Below, piece after piece: positions 49,859 through 64,000 of a stretch of 64,000 nt of DNA (positions are counted from its first letter, which is position 1; each line of letters begins with the position of its first letter). The notes below the pieces were generated by a model. The model was not told where the DNA came from, did not search any database, and saw only the letters and a list, made by a program, of their open reading frames with translations. Position numbers and translations under genes: made by a program. Source of the stretch: Cenococcum geophilum (Eukaryota); assembly GCA_050273025.1 (NCBI GenBank), contig CP158635.1, positions 17,174,001 through 17,238,000 of the forward strand, in the 5' to 3' direction.

Positions 49859-52800
49859 TAGTAATTATATTAGACTAGGGTAATATTATAAGGGCGCAAA
49901 GAGGCTTCGGGGCAGATTTGAAGGAATAATATAAATTCTATCTAAATCTATAGGTATAGCTCTTATAGAGAGTAAGACATTATATAAAGAAGAGAAGGGA
50001 ATAATAAGAGAATTATATAATTAAATAGTTAGGGGTCTTAGTGGTTAATACGTGCGCATATATACACGCGGTCTTTAACGGACTTTAGTAAAATTCAATT
50101 AATCTAGCAGAACTTGGCAGAAGTTAATTAAGCTATTAAAATTTAGTAAAATTTAGTTAAAGCGTTAGAATTTATCTATTAAGGGTTTTACTGAGATATT
50201 CCTACTATAACTAGGCCAGTCCCGTTATAGTACTCCCCCTTTAGCCAAAGGTCTAAAATAATTTAATTTTAGTTAAGACTTATTGCTTATTACGTTTTTA
50301 TACTTATATTAGGCGGCGGTATAGAGTTTTACTAATTCTATTATTAAATAGACTAATTAGGATTTTCTATCCCCGGGATAGAAAATTGCTATTAGCTTAG
50401 TTAAGGCAATGTCACGGAACCCCACCGCAGGGGCCTCTATAGGAGAGCCCCGTGCTCTCGCGCACACCTCGCGTACAGCTTATGTCAGCTACGCGTAGGT
50501 ATATCACCTCCTTACGCCCTCGACCCTTACGATCGATCGCGCAATGTCTTATAGACTCCTCAAATACATACGCTTTGTAGCCACTGCCCCCGTCCCATAA
50601 CATTACGTTGCGCCTTTTTTTTTTTACCACCGACGCTCAGCCTACGACCAATTCTACGTCTCTATAATACTGCAGGCGCTGCCAAAAGCAGCATGTCTAC
50701 GAATTACCTCACTTTATACTTCTAAGGAACCTATAATAGTAAGACGATATTCCTTACTAGCTACTATATTAAACCTAAAGAATAATCTAATACCTACACT
50801 TAACCTACGACGCTAATTAATCCTAGGAGAATTTAATTTATTAGCCCTAGCCTTAACCCCTAAGGAGACGGACACTAATAATATCATATTTTTTATTAAC
50901 TATATAACTACGGATAAGCAAACAGAAGGGCTACTACCTATTAAAATTAAAATATAAGACGCCGAGATGTTTATAAAAATGGTAGCATAAGACCCTAATA
51001 AATACTACCGCCTTTTATAGAACTACTACCTAAAGCTTATATAAGCTAAGATGCGTACTACCTAAGATCGCGATATTATCTAAGACCTACAAGCTTATAA
51101 GGCGCTCACTAATAATATACGTTAAGAAACTAAAGACAACCTCCGCGTGTCTAAATGCGACGTTTAATAGTTAAAGAAGGCTAAGATTATACTAATTACT
51201 ATAGTTACTAAAAAAGAAGGCATAATTAAATACCTATAATCTTAGCTTAATAAGCACATTTATAATAACGCTAGATACCTCTCTACTATATATAACGCCG
51301 CCTAAGTCTTTACGCCCCTGGTAACTTTACCTACTTAACGCTTAATAGAGGGCTAGCGCTAAGTAGCTTTACCTAATAGGAACCCCTACTAAAGTAGTAA
51401 TAATAAAAGCTATAATAATTGGACCTAAACTGCTACTATAGGGTCTAATATACGCTACCCTAATTTCCTAGTCTTTTAGGGAGACTGTAAGGAATATAGC
51501 TATTAAAAGATGCAAATCCGTAAGAAACTAACTTAGAGTGCCTACCTTTTTCTTACAGAAGACACTAAGATTGGCTATATTATTGGGCGAATAAAGGGTA
51601 CACCGTTTAATAGACTCTTCGCCTAATAGAAAACTAGTAGCCCCTAAAAGTGGTAGTCCTACTAAGAAGTCCTTAATAATCTTAACTTAATATACCACGA
51701 CTATAACCTACTAGCTACTAACTAAGCTAAACTATATATCCTAAAGATAAACCCTACTAAATTATTTAATAAATTCTATATTAAATTTTAGGAATATACT
51801 AGAGCCCTTACTTAAGATAATACTAAAGACTAGGAGGACCTCCTTAAAAAAGTTATTTATTACCTTAGTTACGCAGCCGCTAGCCATAACTACAATAATA
51901 TTTGTAATATAGTAGCAGCTCTATAGAAGATTAAATAATAACTAAATTAAATTACTACTACTAACTTTTACCTAAAAACCTCTTTATAGAAGCCCTCTAG
52001 GCCTACTAAACCTATATATACTAAGCCACTAATACCTACTACCTTAAGTACTACCGGAACCAATATTAATTTCTCTATACTAACCTTCCTATAAAAACTC
52101 TTAGATAGAGAGCGTAAGCTACTCCAGAAACTAGGACGCTGCTATAAATGCCGTTAAGAAGGCTATTATTACGATAACCTAAACTGCCTAATAGCTAGGT
52201 TTAGTAGCCGCCGCCTAATACCTAACCTAATACCCTAAATACTAAATATATTACTACGCGCTATTACTATACAAAATAAAGACGTAGTAATAGTAGTAGA
52301 GTTAGATATGGAAGTGGAAAACGCTAAGTCCTAGCCCTAAGTTATAGGTTAGGACGCCCTAATAATAGAGGGATCTATATATTGGCTTACTTAATAGATA
52401 ACTCTATAAAGATAAATAGATAAAAATAGATAGTTTTACCTATAATAGGAACTACTACTAAAAAATAATATATAAGCTATTCTATAATTAATTGCGAAGC
52501 TACTAATAAATTTATAAATACCTAATTTATATATACTTATAACCTATCTACCTTACCCCTTACTAAAGCCCGCGCCTTATAACTCGCTAATAGTAATTAT
52601 ACCGCATAAAAGATTACCTATATAGCATAACTCTACTTAGATATAAATAGGCACTAGGAAGAACTCTAGGCCTATATTATACCACTTACTAATTACCCTA
52701 TTATCCTTAGAATAAACTAGCTTAAATAATATAACCCCACCATTAACTGGAAGAAAAGAGAAATAACCTTTAACTCTAAATACTGCAGAGAGACTTGCCT

Positions 52801-55800
52801 AGGGTATAGCCTAGCCGCCTCTATTTACTCCCTAGGATATTAACCTAAGGAACCCTTTATTACCCCACCTATAACTAACTACCACTATATAAGTGCCTTA
52901 GCCTTCTACCATATAGCATATAAAAAAGGCTAAACCGTTACTGTAGCTTCCTAATTATAACTATATAAGCTTAACAAAGAACAGAACTATATTCTCTATA
53001 GTAATAGAATAGACATAGTTAACCTTTTAGAAGATAACGCCCCTATAGAACTCTACAGACTTTTACCTTTAGACTTTAAGAAGTTTATAAAGCTTAAAAA
53101 AGGACTTACTAACGAAGAACTCTATAAGCTCCTCCTTAAGAGGTACTATAACTTTACTAATATATGCTTATAAAAGAGTATAGATATACTCCCCCTATAT
53201 TAACCTAATAACTATACCATTAATATTAAATAAGGAAAAATACCACCTTATAAGAGACCCTATTTAATATTAAAAGACGAACTTCTAGTTATAAAAAAGT
53301 ATATTAACAAGTACCTTAATAAAGAATTTATTTGTCCTAATATATTACTAGCAGCCGCCCCTATCCTTCTCGCTAAGAAGCTAAAAGGAGGTATTTAATT
53401 CTACGTTAACTATAGAGGACTTAACGCTATTATAATTAAAAACCGATACCTAGTACCGCTTATACGTAAGACCCTTAAGTGGCTTAGTTAAGCCAAAATC
53501 TATACTAAGCTTAATATTATCGCCGCCTTTAACTATTTTTAAATACGAGAAGGTAACAAATAAAAAACCGTATTTATATTACGCTTTAGCTAATTTAAAT
53601 ATATTATTATACCCTTTGGCGTATATAACGGCCTAGGCACCTTTTAAAGCTATATTAATAACGCCTTATAGGACTACCTTAATAACTTCTGCTCTGCGTA
53701 CCTAAACGATATACTTATTTATAGTAATAAACCTTTTAAGCATACCGAATATATTTAAAAGGTCCTATAGCGCCTTAGGGACGTAGGACTTTATATTAAT
53801 TTAAAAAAAATGCAAATTTTTAGTTATAGAAGTAAAATACCTTAAACTAATTATTACTACTAAGGGTGTCTATATAGACCCTAAAAAGGTATATATAATT
53901 ACTAAATAGCAAGCCCCTAACTGCATTAAGGACGTATAAGCCTTCCTTAGTTTCGCTAACTTCTATCGGAAATTTATATACAACTTCTTAGGCGTAGTAG
54001 CACTACTTATAGTAATAATGCAAACAAAGGGCCTTTTTATAAAAGGAAGAAAAACGTACCTACGCTTTACCTAGACGCCTAAATATAAGAAGGCGTTCTA
54101 AGACCTTAAAAATGCCTTTACTAAAGCACCTATTCTAGCTTACTTTATACTAGGATAATAACTCTACCTTAAAACCAACTCCTTAGACCATATTAACGTA
54201 GGCATCCTTTCCTAGATAGGCGATAACAGTCTCCTTTACCTAGTCGCATTTTACTCGTCTAAGCTTATACTATAAAAGTATAACTATAAGATCTATAATA
54301 AAGAACTCCTTGTAATTATATAAGTATTTAAAGAATTCTAACTAGAACTCTCCTTAGTAAAGCCTAATTAGCTAACTAAAGTTCTTACGGACTATTGCAA
54401 CCTTAAGTACTTTATAACTATAAAGCAGCTAAACTAACGCTAAGTATATTAGAACGAGTTCCTCTCTAGTTTTAACTTTAAAATTGTATATAGACTAAGA
54501 GTATAAGGTACCAAACCTAATAGCCTAATATGCCGCTTGTAAGACCTTCCTTAGTCTAAAAATAACCCTTATAATTAGTTCTAATAACAAATAATCCTAA
54601 AAGCACAAAATTTGGCCCTAGGTATACTACCTATAATAAAGCTAACTATACCCTAGCTTTATACCACAGAACTAAAGTTACCTCCTAAAATTAACGAGCT
54701 TATTACTACGGTATATAACGCCTCTATTAACCCATTACTATATTAACTTATTACCGCAAAGACTACTAGCGCCTATACGCTACCTACTAACCTCTAAAGC
54801 TTAGGCTAAATTAATATAGTAGCTTTAGAAGTAAAAGAAAATAGGCTCTATTATAGAGGCCGCCTATTTATCCCTAACCTAGAAAATCTATAACGGCAAT
54901 TAATCTAAATAGCCTATAACCTCTAATTAAGTGGCTACCTAGGTAAATGAGAAACCTATAAGCTTTTTAGCTAATACTACTTTTAGCTAAAAATAATAGA
55001 CTTAGTTAAACGCTTTATAGGCGCCTACTATAGTTATAAGCGCGCTAAGGCCTTTAATATAAAGTACTAAGGACTACTATACCCTCTACTAGTACCTATA
55101 TAATAATAGGCAGATATCGCTATAGATTTCGTTATTAACCTACTACCCTATAAATAATATAGCCATATCTATAAGAACATCCTTATAATAATATACTAAC
55201 TTATAAAAGAGCGCCACTATATCCTAACCAAAGGCGTAGCCGTTAGTGATATTACTAACGCCTTCCTCCGTAAAGTTTACCGACTATATAGGTTACCTAA
55301 CTTAATTACGTCTAACTAAGGCATATAATTTAACTCTAATATATAGAGACAAATCTGCTAACGCCTTAGCATCTCCGTTAAGATGTCTATATCCTTCTAC
55401 TATAAAACTACTAAGTAACTAGAAAACGCTAATACCAATATAAAAGCGTACCTACAATAGGTAGTCGCCTATAGTTAAGATAACTAGGTAGATTACCTTT
55501 TACTAGGTAAATTTGTAGTAAATAACTATATCTTAACCACTATAGGACTTACCCCATTTTTTATAAATAAGGGTTATTACCCCTAATCTGGTATAGAGCC
55601 ACTAGAACCTATTAATAAGAAACTGCCATATAAAAAACGTCTTAAGATGCTACTTACTAACTAGTATATAGACTGTATATAAAATCTACTTAACTACTAT
55701 AAGGGAGAAATGGCCTAGGCTTAAGTAAAGTAAGCCTACTTCGCCAACTATTATAAAACGCCACCACCGGAGATACGTGTTGGCGACTGGGTATAGCTAA

Positions 55801-57719
55801 ATATATATAATATCTCTATATAAAAGCCTATAAAGTCACTTAATTATAAGAACCTTAGCCCCTATTTAATTAAATGAGTTATTAATAGGGGAGCCGTATA
55901 TAAGCTAGAACTCCTATTTACCCTAGCTACCCGCGGGATATGGCCTATATTTTACCTATAGCTACTATACCTTTATTAGCCTAACCCCTTATTAGGGTAG
56001 ATATAGCATAAACCCCTACTAGTACTAATTTAAGATAAAAACGAAGATAAGAACTACGAGGAGTGGACTATTAAACGAATTATTAACTCTAAATACTTTG
56101 GCAAAGGTAGAGGATAACGGCTTTACTATAGAGCTATATACATAGGATTTAATATAGATTAGCCAAAATGGCAACTATAGAAAGACTTTAAAAATACAAA
56201 GGATTTAATTAGCAACTTTTACTACGTAAACCTATAGAAACTGGGCCTAAGTAAAAACTTTATACCTAATCCTCTATAAGAGCCCTTATAGAGTTAAACC
56301 GTTATACATTACCATATAAGGGCAAATTGCCATTAGATTGCCGTTAGATTGCAGTAAAGTATAATTACGTAACTGGAATATCATTAAGATGTCCAGAAAC
56401 TTTAACCGGCGGTTAAAGTTATTTAATTAGTCGGATTTTTAGATACTAAGCCCTATTATATAACATTGTTTTAAGCCTTTAGCAATACCCCCCTTTTTCT
56501 TCTTTTTTATACCTTAAGTGTCCCTTTTATATATATATAGTAACCACAGCGTCGCCGGAGCTCCGCCTTTATAAGAGGGGGGGTAGTATTACGGAACCCT
56601 ACCGCAGGGGCCTCTATAGGAGAGCCCTATACTCTTATACACACCTTATATATAGCTTATGTTAGCTACGCGTAGGTATATTACCTCCTTACGCCCTCAA
56701 CCCTTATAATTAATCGCGCAATATCTTATAGACTCCTCAAATACATACGCTTTGTAGCCACTACCCCTATCCCGTAATAGGTAATAAGTAGAACTAATAT
56801 CTTTATAGAGGGTCTTAGTAAGGCAATCTTAACTAATTAGATAACTTTAACCGCTGGTTAAAGTTCCTTAATATCTTATATATTATATAACCATGTTATA
56901 AACATTATAATATATTTTAAGTTCTTTTTAAATTCGAGCTTCCTGCTATTATGTTTCGTGTATTTATATTAGGTAGTAGTTATTTACCTTTATATCGTGT
57001 CTATCTAGCTAAAGTAAGCCATAAAAAATAGTCCTTGTGGAATTCTTTTACTAAAGAAGGCGTATTAGTCTTAATTTACTTATAAGGTTTCTAGGTTTAT
57101 ATCTTATATCCTTCCTATTTAATAAGAAGTTTAAATTATTTAGACTATATCTTCTATTATATATTATTAATTAAGTTAATAAAGTAAGAACCGTTACCGT
57201 TATTAATAATTATAGAAGGTAGTAGTAGTACTTCGCGAGTTATAGGTTTACCCTTTAAGGGTTATAGCAAGTTTATATAAAATATCGGATATATCTTTAT
57301 CTTAGTTAGTAGTTTAAGCCTATAAGAATACGGGCTTAGTTTCTTCTTAATATAGTATAGGCCCGTAAACTTCTAATCTAGTTCCTTTAAGAGTTACTAA
57401 GTCTTTAGGTTTTATATATTTAGGTAAACTATATTACCTTCCTTAAAGTCCTATACAGGAGCTCGTCCTTTATTTATATGCTATTCCTATATTATTTAAG
57501 CGTACGCTAATTTACATTATAATAGTTCCGTTAACTACTTTATTTAATTAACGAAGTTATATATATTAATTAGTTAAATCCTCTTAATTATAGGTCCTAT
57601 TATATTAATTTTAGGTTATAGTTTAAATCTAAGTTAAGGGTCTTGTCTATAGGTTACGTAGAACGGCGTTACGCCTATTAATTCGTTTCTTATATTATTT
57701 GCAGTAAACTTAGCTAAAG
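49859..57719 (-). mobile_element. Ty3/Gypsy family C, 3' part (3' LTR ~49859-50229, 3' UTR, chromodomain/integrase end 56785-57719), split by Gypsy B and cut by A4
   Basis: Minus-strand PPT aaagggggagtac abuts the LTR at 50229. Minus-strand EL.QKFTGPY.I......YSY.L.L.....I.P.F...LL (~57270-57390) and chromodomain ...IKWEGY...TWEP (~57085-57200). Left LTR boundary approximate. Confidence 0.8.
50410..56779 (+). mobile_element. Ty3/Gypsy chromovirus family B (complete, RIP-inactivated)
   Basis: 193-bp LTRs at 50410-50602 and 56587-56779. TSD GGCAA/GGTAA. PPT aagagggggggtag. Gag knuckle GRCYKCR.EG ~52134, RT YRGLNAI.IKNRY.VPLI ~53410 and AYL.DILIYS ~53696, RNase H, integrase, chromodomain EEWTI.RII.S ~56058. 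Confidence 0.96.
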
Positions 57720-58660
57720 TGTAACGGAGCCTTGTAGTAGGAACTACGGTAGACTCGTTAATGGGCTAGGTATATAGGTATTATAAGTAAGTCAACAATG
57801 TAATAATAACTGGTGGAGTGGTTGCCTAATAGATTAACTCTAATTATATTCTAAGAATTACTATAAGGAAGGAACTATCTAGGTAGGGACTAAGGGTCCT
57901 TAAATACACAACCGTACTCTTATAAATCCTTCTTATACGTAATATACGTGTTATATATAAGGTACGTAAGTTCCTCTTATTCCTCTTATTTAATATATAG
58001 CATATTATATAACCTTAGTTACTATTCCTTATTATATAGTTCTATGGGTTCTATCCTAGACTATACCTATATTAACTAACTAGCTTCCTCTAACTCTTCT
58101 CTAAGTAGTTATAGTATTATACTTAAAGCGTCCGTAACACTATCTCCCTTCTCTCTATCTTTGTCCTTAAAGATACCTAATATCTCTAAGTTATTTACTA
58201 GAGGTGTAATATCCGTCTAATTAATTTAGTTAATATTATTGCTTATAATGCCTAAAGCCTCTTCTTCTTTATACGCGCAATAATGTACCCGCACTATTAC
58301 TATAATATTATTACTTAGTAAAATAATACTATCTCCGTGTTCTTATTGTTTAAAAGAAAGGTTAGTTTACGTTATATTAGTAAGTCCTTTATCTTAATAG
58401 CCCTCTTTCTATTTAGAGTATACTAAAGTAAACATTTAATTGTCTTATAATGTTCGCTCTACTTCTAACGCTAAGTATACGCGTCCTATAACTCTTAATA
58501 GTTTCTAAGTTCCCTAAGTAATTTATTATAGGGGTTTATATTTAATCTGCCGCTATAAAGCTTAATAGTAACCTAGCGTAGGCCCTTATAGAGCTTAAGC
58601 GTTCTTAGAATGCGGAATAGAAGACCCTAAACGCCCGCATTACGGCGTCTACCTATCTAC
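57720..58660 (-). mobile_element. Ty3/Gypsy family A copy 4 (3' LTR 57720-58139 plus antisense gene start), interrupted by A5
   Basis: LTR homologous to family A with a variant middle segment. ATG at 58248 reads MPKASSS...PCSYCLKE. Confidence 0.9.
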
Positions 58661-61600
58661 TGTAACGGAACCTGGTAGTAAGAACTACGGTAGGTTTGTT
58701 ATTGGGCTAGGTGTATAGGAAATGCAAGTATAAAAGTCAACAACGTAATAACAACTGGTGGAGTAGTTGCCCAACAGATTAACTTTAATTGTATTCTAAG
58801 AATCACTACAAAGAAGGAACTATCTAGGTAGGGACTGAGGGTCCTTAAATACATAACCGTACTCCTAAGAAAGTTGTTGCTTTATCTGCTCTATCTGCTC
58901 TATTCGCTCTACAATAGATCTCACAGATTATACAGATTATATAGATCACATCACGTGACTTTGCCTACTATTCCTCGTCATATGGTTTTACGGGTTCTAT
59001 CCTAGACTGTGCTTATATTAACTAACTAGCTTCTTCTAACTCTTCTCTAAGTAGTCATAATATTGTACTTAAAGCGTCCGTAACACTATCTCCCTCCTTT
59101 TTATCTTCGTCCTTAAAGATACCTAGCATCTTTAGGTTGTTTACTAGAGGTATAATATCCGTCTAATTAATTTGGTTAACATTATTACTTATAATGCCTA
59201 AAGCACCTTCTTCTTCCTCTACAGCCCGTTGGTCTCGTACTATTGCTATAATATTATCTCTTGGCGAGATAATGCCTTCTCTATGTTCTCGTTATATGAA
59301 AGAGGGGCTAGTTTACGTTATATTGGTAAGTCCTTTGTCCCAGTAACCTTCCTTTTATTTAAAGTGCACTAAAGCAAATATTCAGTTATCCTATAACATT
59401 TACTCTATCTCTAATATTAAATATACGCAACCTATTACTCTTAATAGTCGTCTGGTTCCCTAATTAATTTATCTTAGGGTCTTATATTTAATCTAAGGCA
59501 GAAAAACTTAAGGGTAATCTTACCGTAGCGCTAGCGGAAGCCTATTGTCAATCCAAAGAATCTACTTATGCCCTTAAGGCTCAGTAGTCTACCTTTATAA
59601 AAGTTTAGCGTCTTTAACGCGTTTATAAGAAGGTTCACTCTAAGGAGTGGAAACTTATAAAATAAGGTCTATAGGAACTAGGTAATAAAAGAACGGATTC
59701 TCTTCCAATAGAGAAGGAAATAGATCTAAGTAGTTCGGCAACTACTCTTCTTAGGTCCCCCTTAGGTAACTCATTCTTTAGCGATCCTTTTTTATTAATA
59801 CTACCTAATCTAATCTCTTCTAATACTCCTATACCTTTCCTATAGCGTTCTTTAAATTCTCTAGTAGCTCCTAGGTAGTTTTAGTATAGCCTATCCACTT
59901 AACCTTATACTATATTTTGTCGTCAATGTCCTTATAATTAACGATCTTTAATACTTACCATTCGTCTTCTTCTTATCCTTTATACGTGTCTGCTTTATAA
60001 ACTAGTGGCTTAACATTCCTATATACTAGCTCTAGCATTACAATATACTGTATAGGGTAGATCTTTATTTTAGCTGGTAGGTTTAACTTAAACGTAACTA
60101 GTAAAATTCTCTACGTAATTTTAAAAGGTCCTAGTTTAACATAGTCTAACTTCTTACTTAGTCGTCAACTCTTAAAATTTTTATATAGTAGCTATACTTT
60201 ATCTCCCTCCTTAAGATCTAGTCCCTTAGATCTCTTAGTATTATAGTACTTTTTTATTTTCTTTTATACTTTCTTTACTAATTCCATAAGGTCTATATAA
60301 AGATTTATTAATATCTTTATTCTCTCTTTAGCTATACTACTCGTTTTCTTTACTTACTATAGTAATAACAATATTTTCGGCTTATATCCGTAATTTGCCT
60401 TAAATAGTAATGTGCCTATTCCTTCTTAAGGTATTACATTATATATAAACTATATAACTGGTAATAGTAATACCTAATTATTCTGTGCATAATTAATATA
60501 ATACCTTAGGTACTGCTCTAGTGTCTAATTTAATCTTTCCGTTTAACCGTCTGTCTATAAATAATATACGGTAGAAGTTGCTGCTTAAACTTTTTACTCC
60601 GCTAAGAACACTTCCTAGAATACTGCTATAAATCTTAAATCTCTATTTAATATAATCTTACTTAGTACTCTATATCTTACAAATACTTCTTTAATATAAA
60701 TCCTAGCGACATCTTCTGCTAAGATTTCTTCTATATATGCTATAAAGTATTCCTACTTTATAAGCTTGTCTATTATTACTAAGATCGCGTTATAATCTTA
60801 TCCGGTAATAGGATCTCTTAACTTTAGTAACTTAATAATAAAGTCCTATAATATAACCTCCTATAGTCTCTCTGGTATTTTAATAGGTTATAGCCCTCCA
60901 TATAGCTTATGCCTTATTAGTTTATTCCTTTAGCAATTTAGATATTCCTTTATAACCCTTCTAGCTATCCTCTAGATTCCATTAATAATGTACTCCTTTT
61001 AGAGTCTCAACACTAAGCCCGTAGCTCCATTATATCCTTAGGTTAGTCTTTTATAGAAGTCCTTTATAAACTGCTCTGCTATGCTTCTTAGGATATACTT
61101 TACTTCTTAATTTTCGTATATATCCGTCTATAGATCTTTTAGCTATACTTCTAAAATTCTTTATGCCTAAAAGCTTTCTAATATCTTATAGACTTTCTCT
61201 AGTTCGTTATTTTCTTAAGTTACTACAATTTTTAGATAATTATATCTAATTAACCCATCTATATCTTTTCGCAATAAAGCCCCTAATGGCTTTTCCTCAT
61301 TTTATAGTTTAGCTTTACAGCTTAGAGCATTTACCCGCGTATTATCTGTACCTTTAGTATACTAAATCTTAAAATAGTATTCCGTAAGCATCTCTACCCA
61401 TCTAACCTGTTTTTAGTTAAGTTCCTTTATTATTAGGAATCCTATTAGGTTCTTATAATCTATCTTAACTATAAATAGTTTCTCTATGCCTTATAAGAAT
61501 GCTCTCTATTTCTTTAATGCTATAACTATACCTAATAACTCCTTATTATAGATATTATAGTTTAACTCTAGTAGTATTATCTTCCGACTATAGTATACCA

Positions 61601-64000
61601 CTAGGTACTATCTATCTTAATGCTTTTATATAAAGCATGCCCCTAGTATATAGTCTAATACATCCGTTTCTATAACCGTCTCTAGTCCTAGTTAATAGAT
61701 CTTAAAAACTAGCTCCTAGGTAAACAACTCTTTAACTTTCTTAAAGAGTTCTCTTTGCTCCTCTCCCTATGCCTATAGTTCTTCTTTCTTTATTAACTAC
61801 GTAAATAGCTTAATATTCTTTAACCACTGCGCTATAAACCTTCTGTAATAATTACAAAACCCTAGGAATAATCTTAACTATATAACGTTTTCTAGTTCCT
61901 ACCAATTTACTATAGCCTTAATCTTTTTTAGATCTATACTAAGTTGGCCTAGTTTAATAATAAATCTAACAAAATTGGTCTTCCTAGTAAAGAACTCGCA
62001 TTTCTTAATTACTACTAGCATCTATTCTTCTTATAGTCTCTTTAAAACCCATTTAACGTGTTCCCCGTGTTCTTCCTTAATTATTAAGTAAATAATAATA
62101 TTATTAAGATATACTATAACAAATTCATCTAAGTGTTCCCCTAATACGTTTTTAATATACTTTTAGAACGTTACTAGTGCGTTTATAAGCCCAAATTGCA
62201 TAACTAATGGTTTATATAGTCCTTCCTTTAACCTAAAAGCTGCCTTTTATTTATTACCTTCCTTAATCCTAATCTAATAGTACGCCTATCTTAGATCTAT
62301 CTTTATAAAGATTTACATATTACTTATCCTATCTTAGATTTCACTAATTAAGGGTAAAGGATACCTATTCTTCCTAGTAATGCTGTTTAACTATCTATAG
62401 TTAATATACAGCCTTAGTTTACTATTTTTCTTTAGTACAAATAGTACTGGATAACCCGCTAATAACTGCGATGGTCTAATATATCCCTTCCATAGATTTT
62501 CCTAGATAAACTCTTTTAACGCTCTACCTTCTTCTTTAGTAAGCTTATAGATTAGAAAAAACTTTAGACTTATTCCTAGTTTTAACTCTATCTTATAGTT
62601 CTATACTATATACTTTAATAGCTTTTTACTTTCCGGTAACTATAGTTTCTTACTATACTTATAGTATCTCTTTAGTATATAACTTAGTCCTTTTTCTATT
62701 TCTTTATAGGTTGCTCCTACTTAGTACCATACTAACTTAGCTTATTATTATATCTTACAACATTAAGTATCTCTAATATTAACCTAACCTATAATTTAAT
62801 TAATTCTTAGATTGTATTTCTGTAACTAAGGTATACCTAATACTGCCTTATCCCGTCCTAATAGTAGGATATTAAAAGATATCTTAATTTATCTCCCTTT
62901 AATAGTTATCTAAATAGGTCCTATTTTAAGATTAATAATCCCTCCTCTATAGGTTATTGGATCTCCTAAAATTATAACTAATAGGTAAGGTTGCTCCTTT
63001 TATCTATAAGGTAGCCCTATTCTCTTAACTGCTACTAATAAGATATAGTTTTATATTGCTCTACTATCTATTAGCGCTTTAAACTACTAATCTTACTAAT
63101 TAATCCGTAAATTTAGGTATTATCCTTAAATTCCTTTAAGGGTCTAAGGCTCTACCACTAGCTCCCTCTAATCCTATAGGCCTCTACTTTTCCTAACTAT
63201 TGGCTACTTAATCCTAGTACACTTAGCTCACTCTTTAGCTAATGCCTAGTTCGCTTTTTATCTTTAATATACTATAGATATATATTTTTTAGGCATTCCC
63301 ACCACTATTATCTATCTAAGTATTCTTCTATAAGGAATCTTCCTAGTTAAAGTACTAAACTCCCTTCCTCTTAGACCTCTACTGGATACCATCCATATAT
63401 ATATTTAGCATTCCTATACTATTACTTATCTATTATCCAGTACATCCTTATAAAGTATTTCTAATTCTTTTCCTTTGGATTCTTATGCATTTCGTATATA
63501 TTGTCTACGCACGCAATCCATAATAACGTATAGTATGCTAGGTGCTTTAGGTTAACTCTTAGCTCGTTTTTATTCTTAAGTTTAAACCTTTATTATACTA
63601 ATCTAAACGTTATAACTTTATTCGCAGGTACTAAGATATATCTTTTACTTCTCTAGTCCTCTAAACGTTCCTTTAGATCCTTTAATATCATAATTAAGGC
63701 TCCTTTAATATGCGTTATGGCCTTCTCTATAATCGGGTAGTTCTAGATAACTTTTTTATTTAACTATATATAGAAATCTTCCCACTTATTATTATGCCTT
63801 TGCCTATACTACTTTTAGTATAGCTACTAAAGTATATACAGCTTATCCGTAAGGAAGTATCTTCTTATTACTATATTATGATAGCCCTTTATATATCGTT
63901 CCTCGAACCTAGTTAGAATCCCTAGATCCTCTTTATCTTCCAATTCGGTAAGCCACTTAGCTCTTAGTGTGCCTGCTCTCGGCCTATTGGTGATTTTTCA
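58661..64000 (-). mobile_element. Ty3/Gypsy family A copy 5 (3' LTR 58661-59085, antisense gene, pol); runs off the window
   Basis: Reverse complement of A1 ~3060-7400 from ~59650 onward; variant LTR middle segment. Confidence 0.95.
59194..59878 (+). pseudogene. Antisense Zn2Cys6-like/coiled-coil gene of Gypsy A5
   Basis: Intact ATG: MPKAPSSSSTARWSRTIAIILSLGEIMPSLCSR.MKEGLV; aag tgc act retained; exon 2 ...KVHSKEWKL. Confidence 0.68.

Larger units (their letters stand above)
1..64000. other. RIP-mutated AT-rich transposon block (fungal heterochromatin)
   Basis: Paralogous copies differ almost only by C->T/G->A changes in CpA/TpG context (e.g. LTR start tgttacgg vs tattacgg; TSD ggcaa vs ggtaa). 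TpA is strongly enriched. In-frame TAA/TAG stops fall where Gln/Trp are expected. Confidence 0.95.

Noticed and set aside
1..64000. Alternative genetic code or stop-codon readthrough explaining the many TAA/TAG
   Set aside because: Stops differ between paralogous copies and map to CAA/CAG/TGG codons, as expected from RIP.

Overview
Eukaryotic, almost certainly filamentous-ascomycete, heterochromatic transposon nest. It is AT-rich and shows a pervasive RIP signature (CpA->TpA / TpG->TpA), and no intact host gene is visible. Protein reconstructions below revert RIP changes by eye and are therefore inferred. The outer layer (1 to ~45430) is a degenerate DDE-type (DUF6589-like) transposase gene on + and a convergent RecQ-like SF2 helicase gene on -. 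Between them lies a tandemly duplicated, spliced Cys-rich gene. This is the architecture of an AcademH-like DNA transposon, whose left end lies outside the window. Nested within and beside it are: five copies of a chromodomain Ty3/Gypsy family (family A, three complete with 5-bp TSDs) that carries an antisense, apparently spliced Zn2Cys6-like/coiled-coil gene; a complete Ty1/Copia; two other Gypsy families (B complete, C partial); two pogo/Fot1-type remnants; and four copies of a non-autonomous, satellite-filled TIR element with CATC...GATG ends and 2-bp TSDs. A palindromic module is shared between the 3' non-coding regions of the Copia and of Gypsy B and C. Nearly all ORFs in the supplied track are repeat-derived or antisense artefacts.
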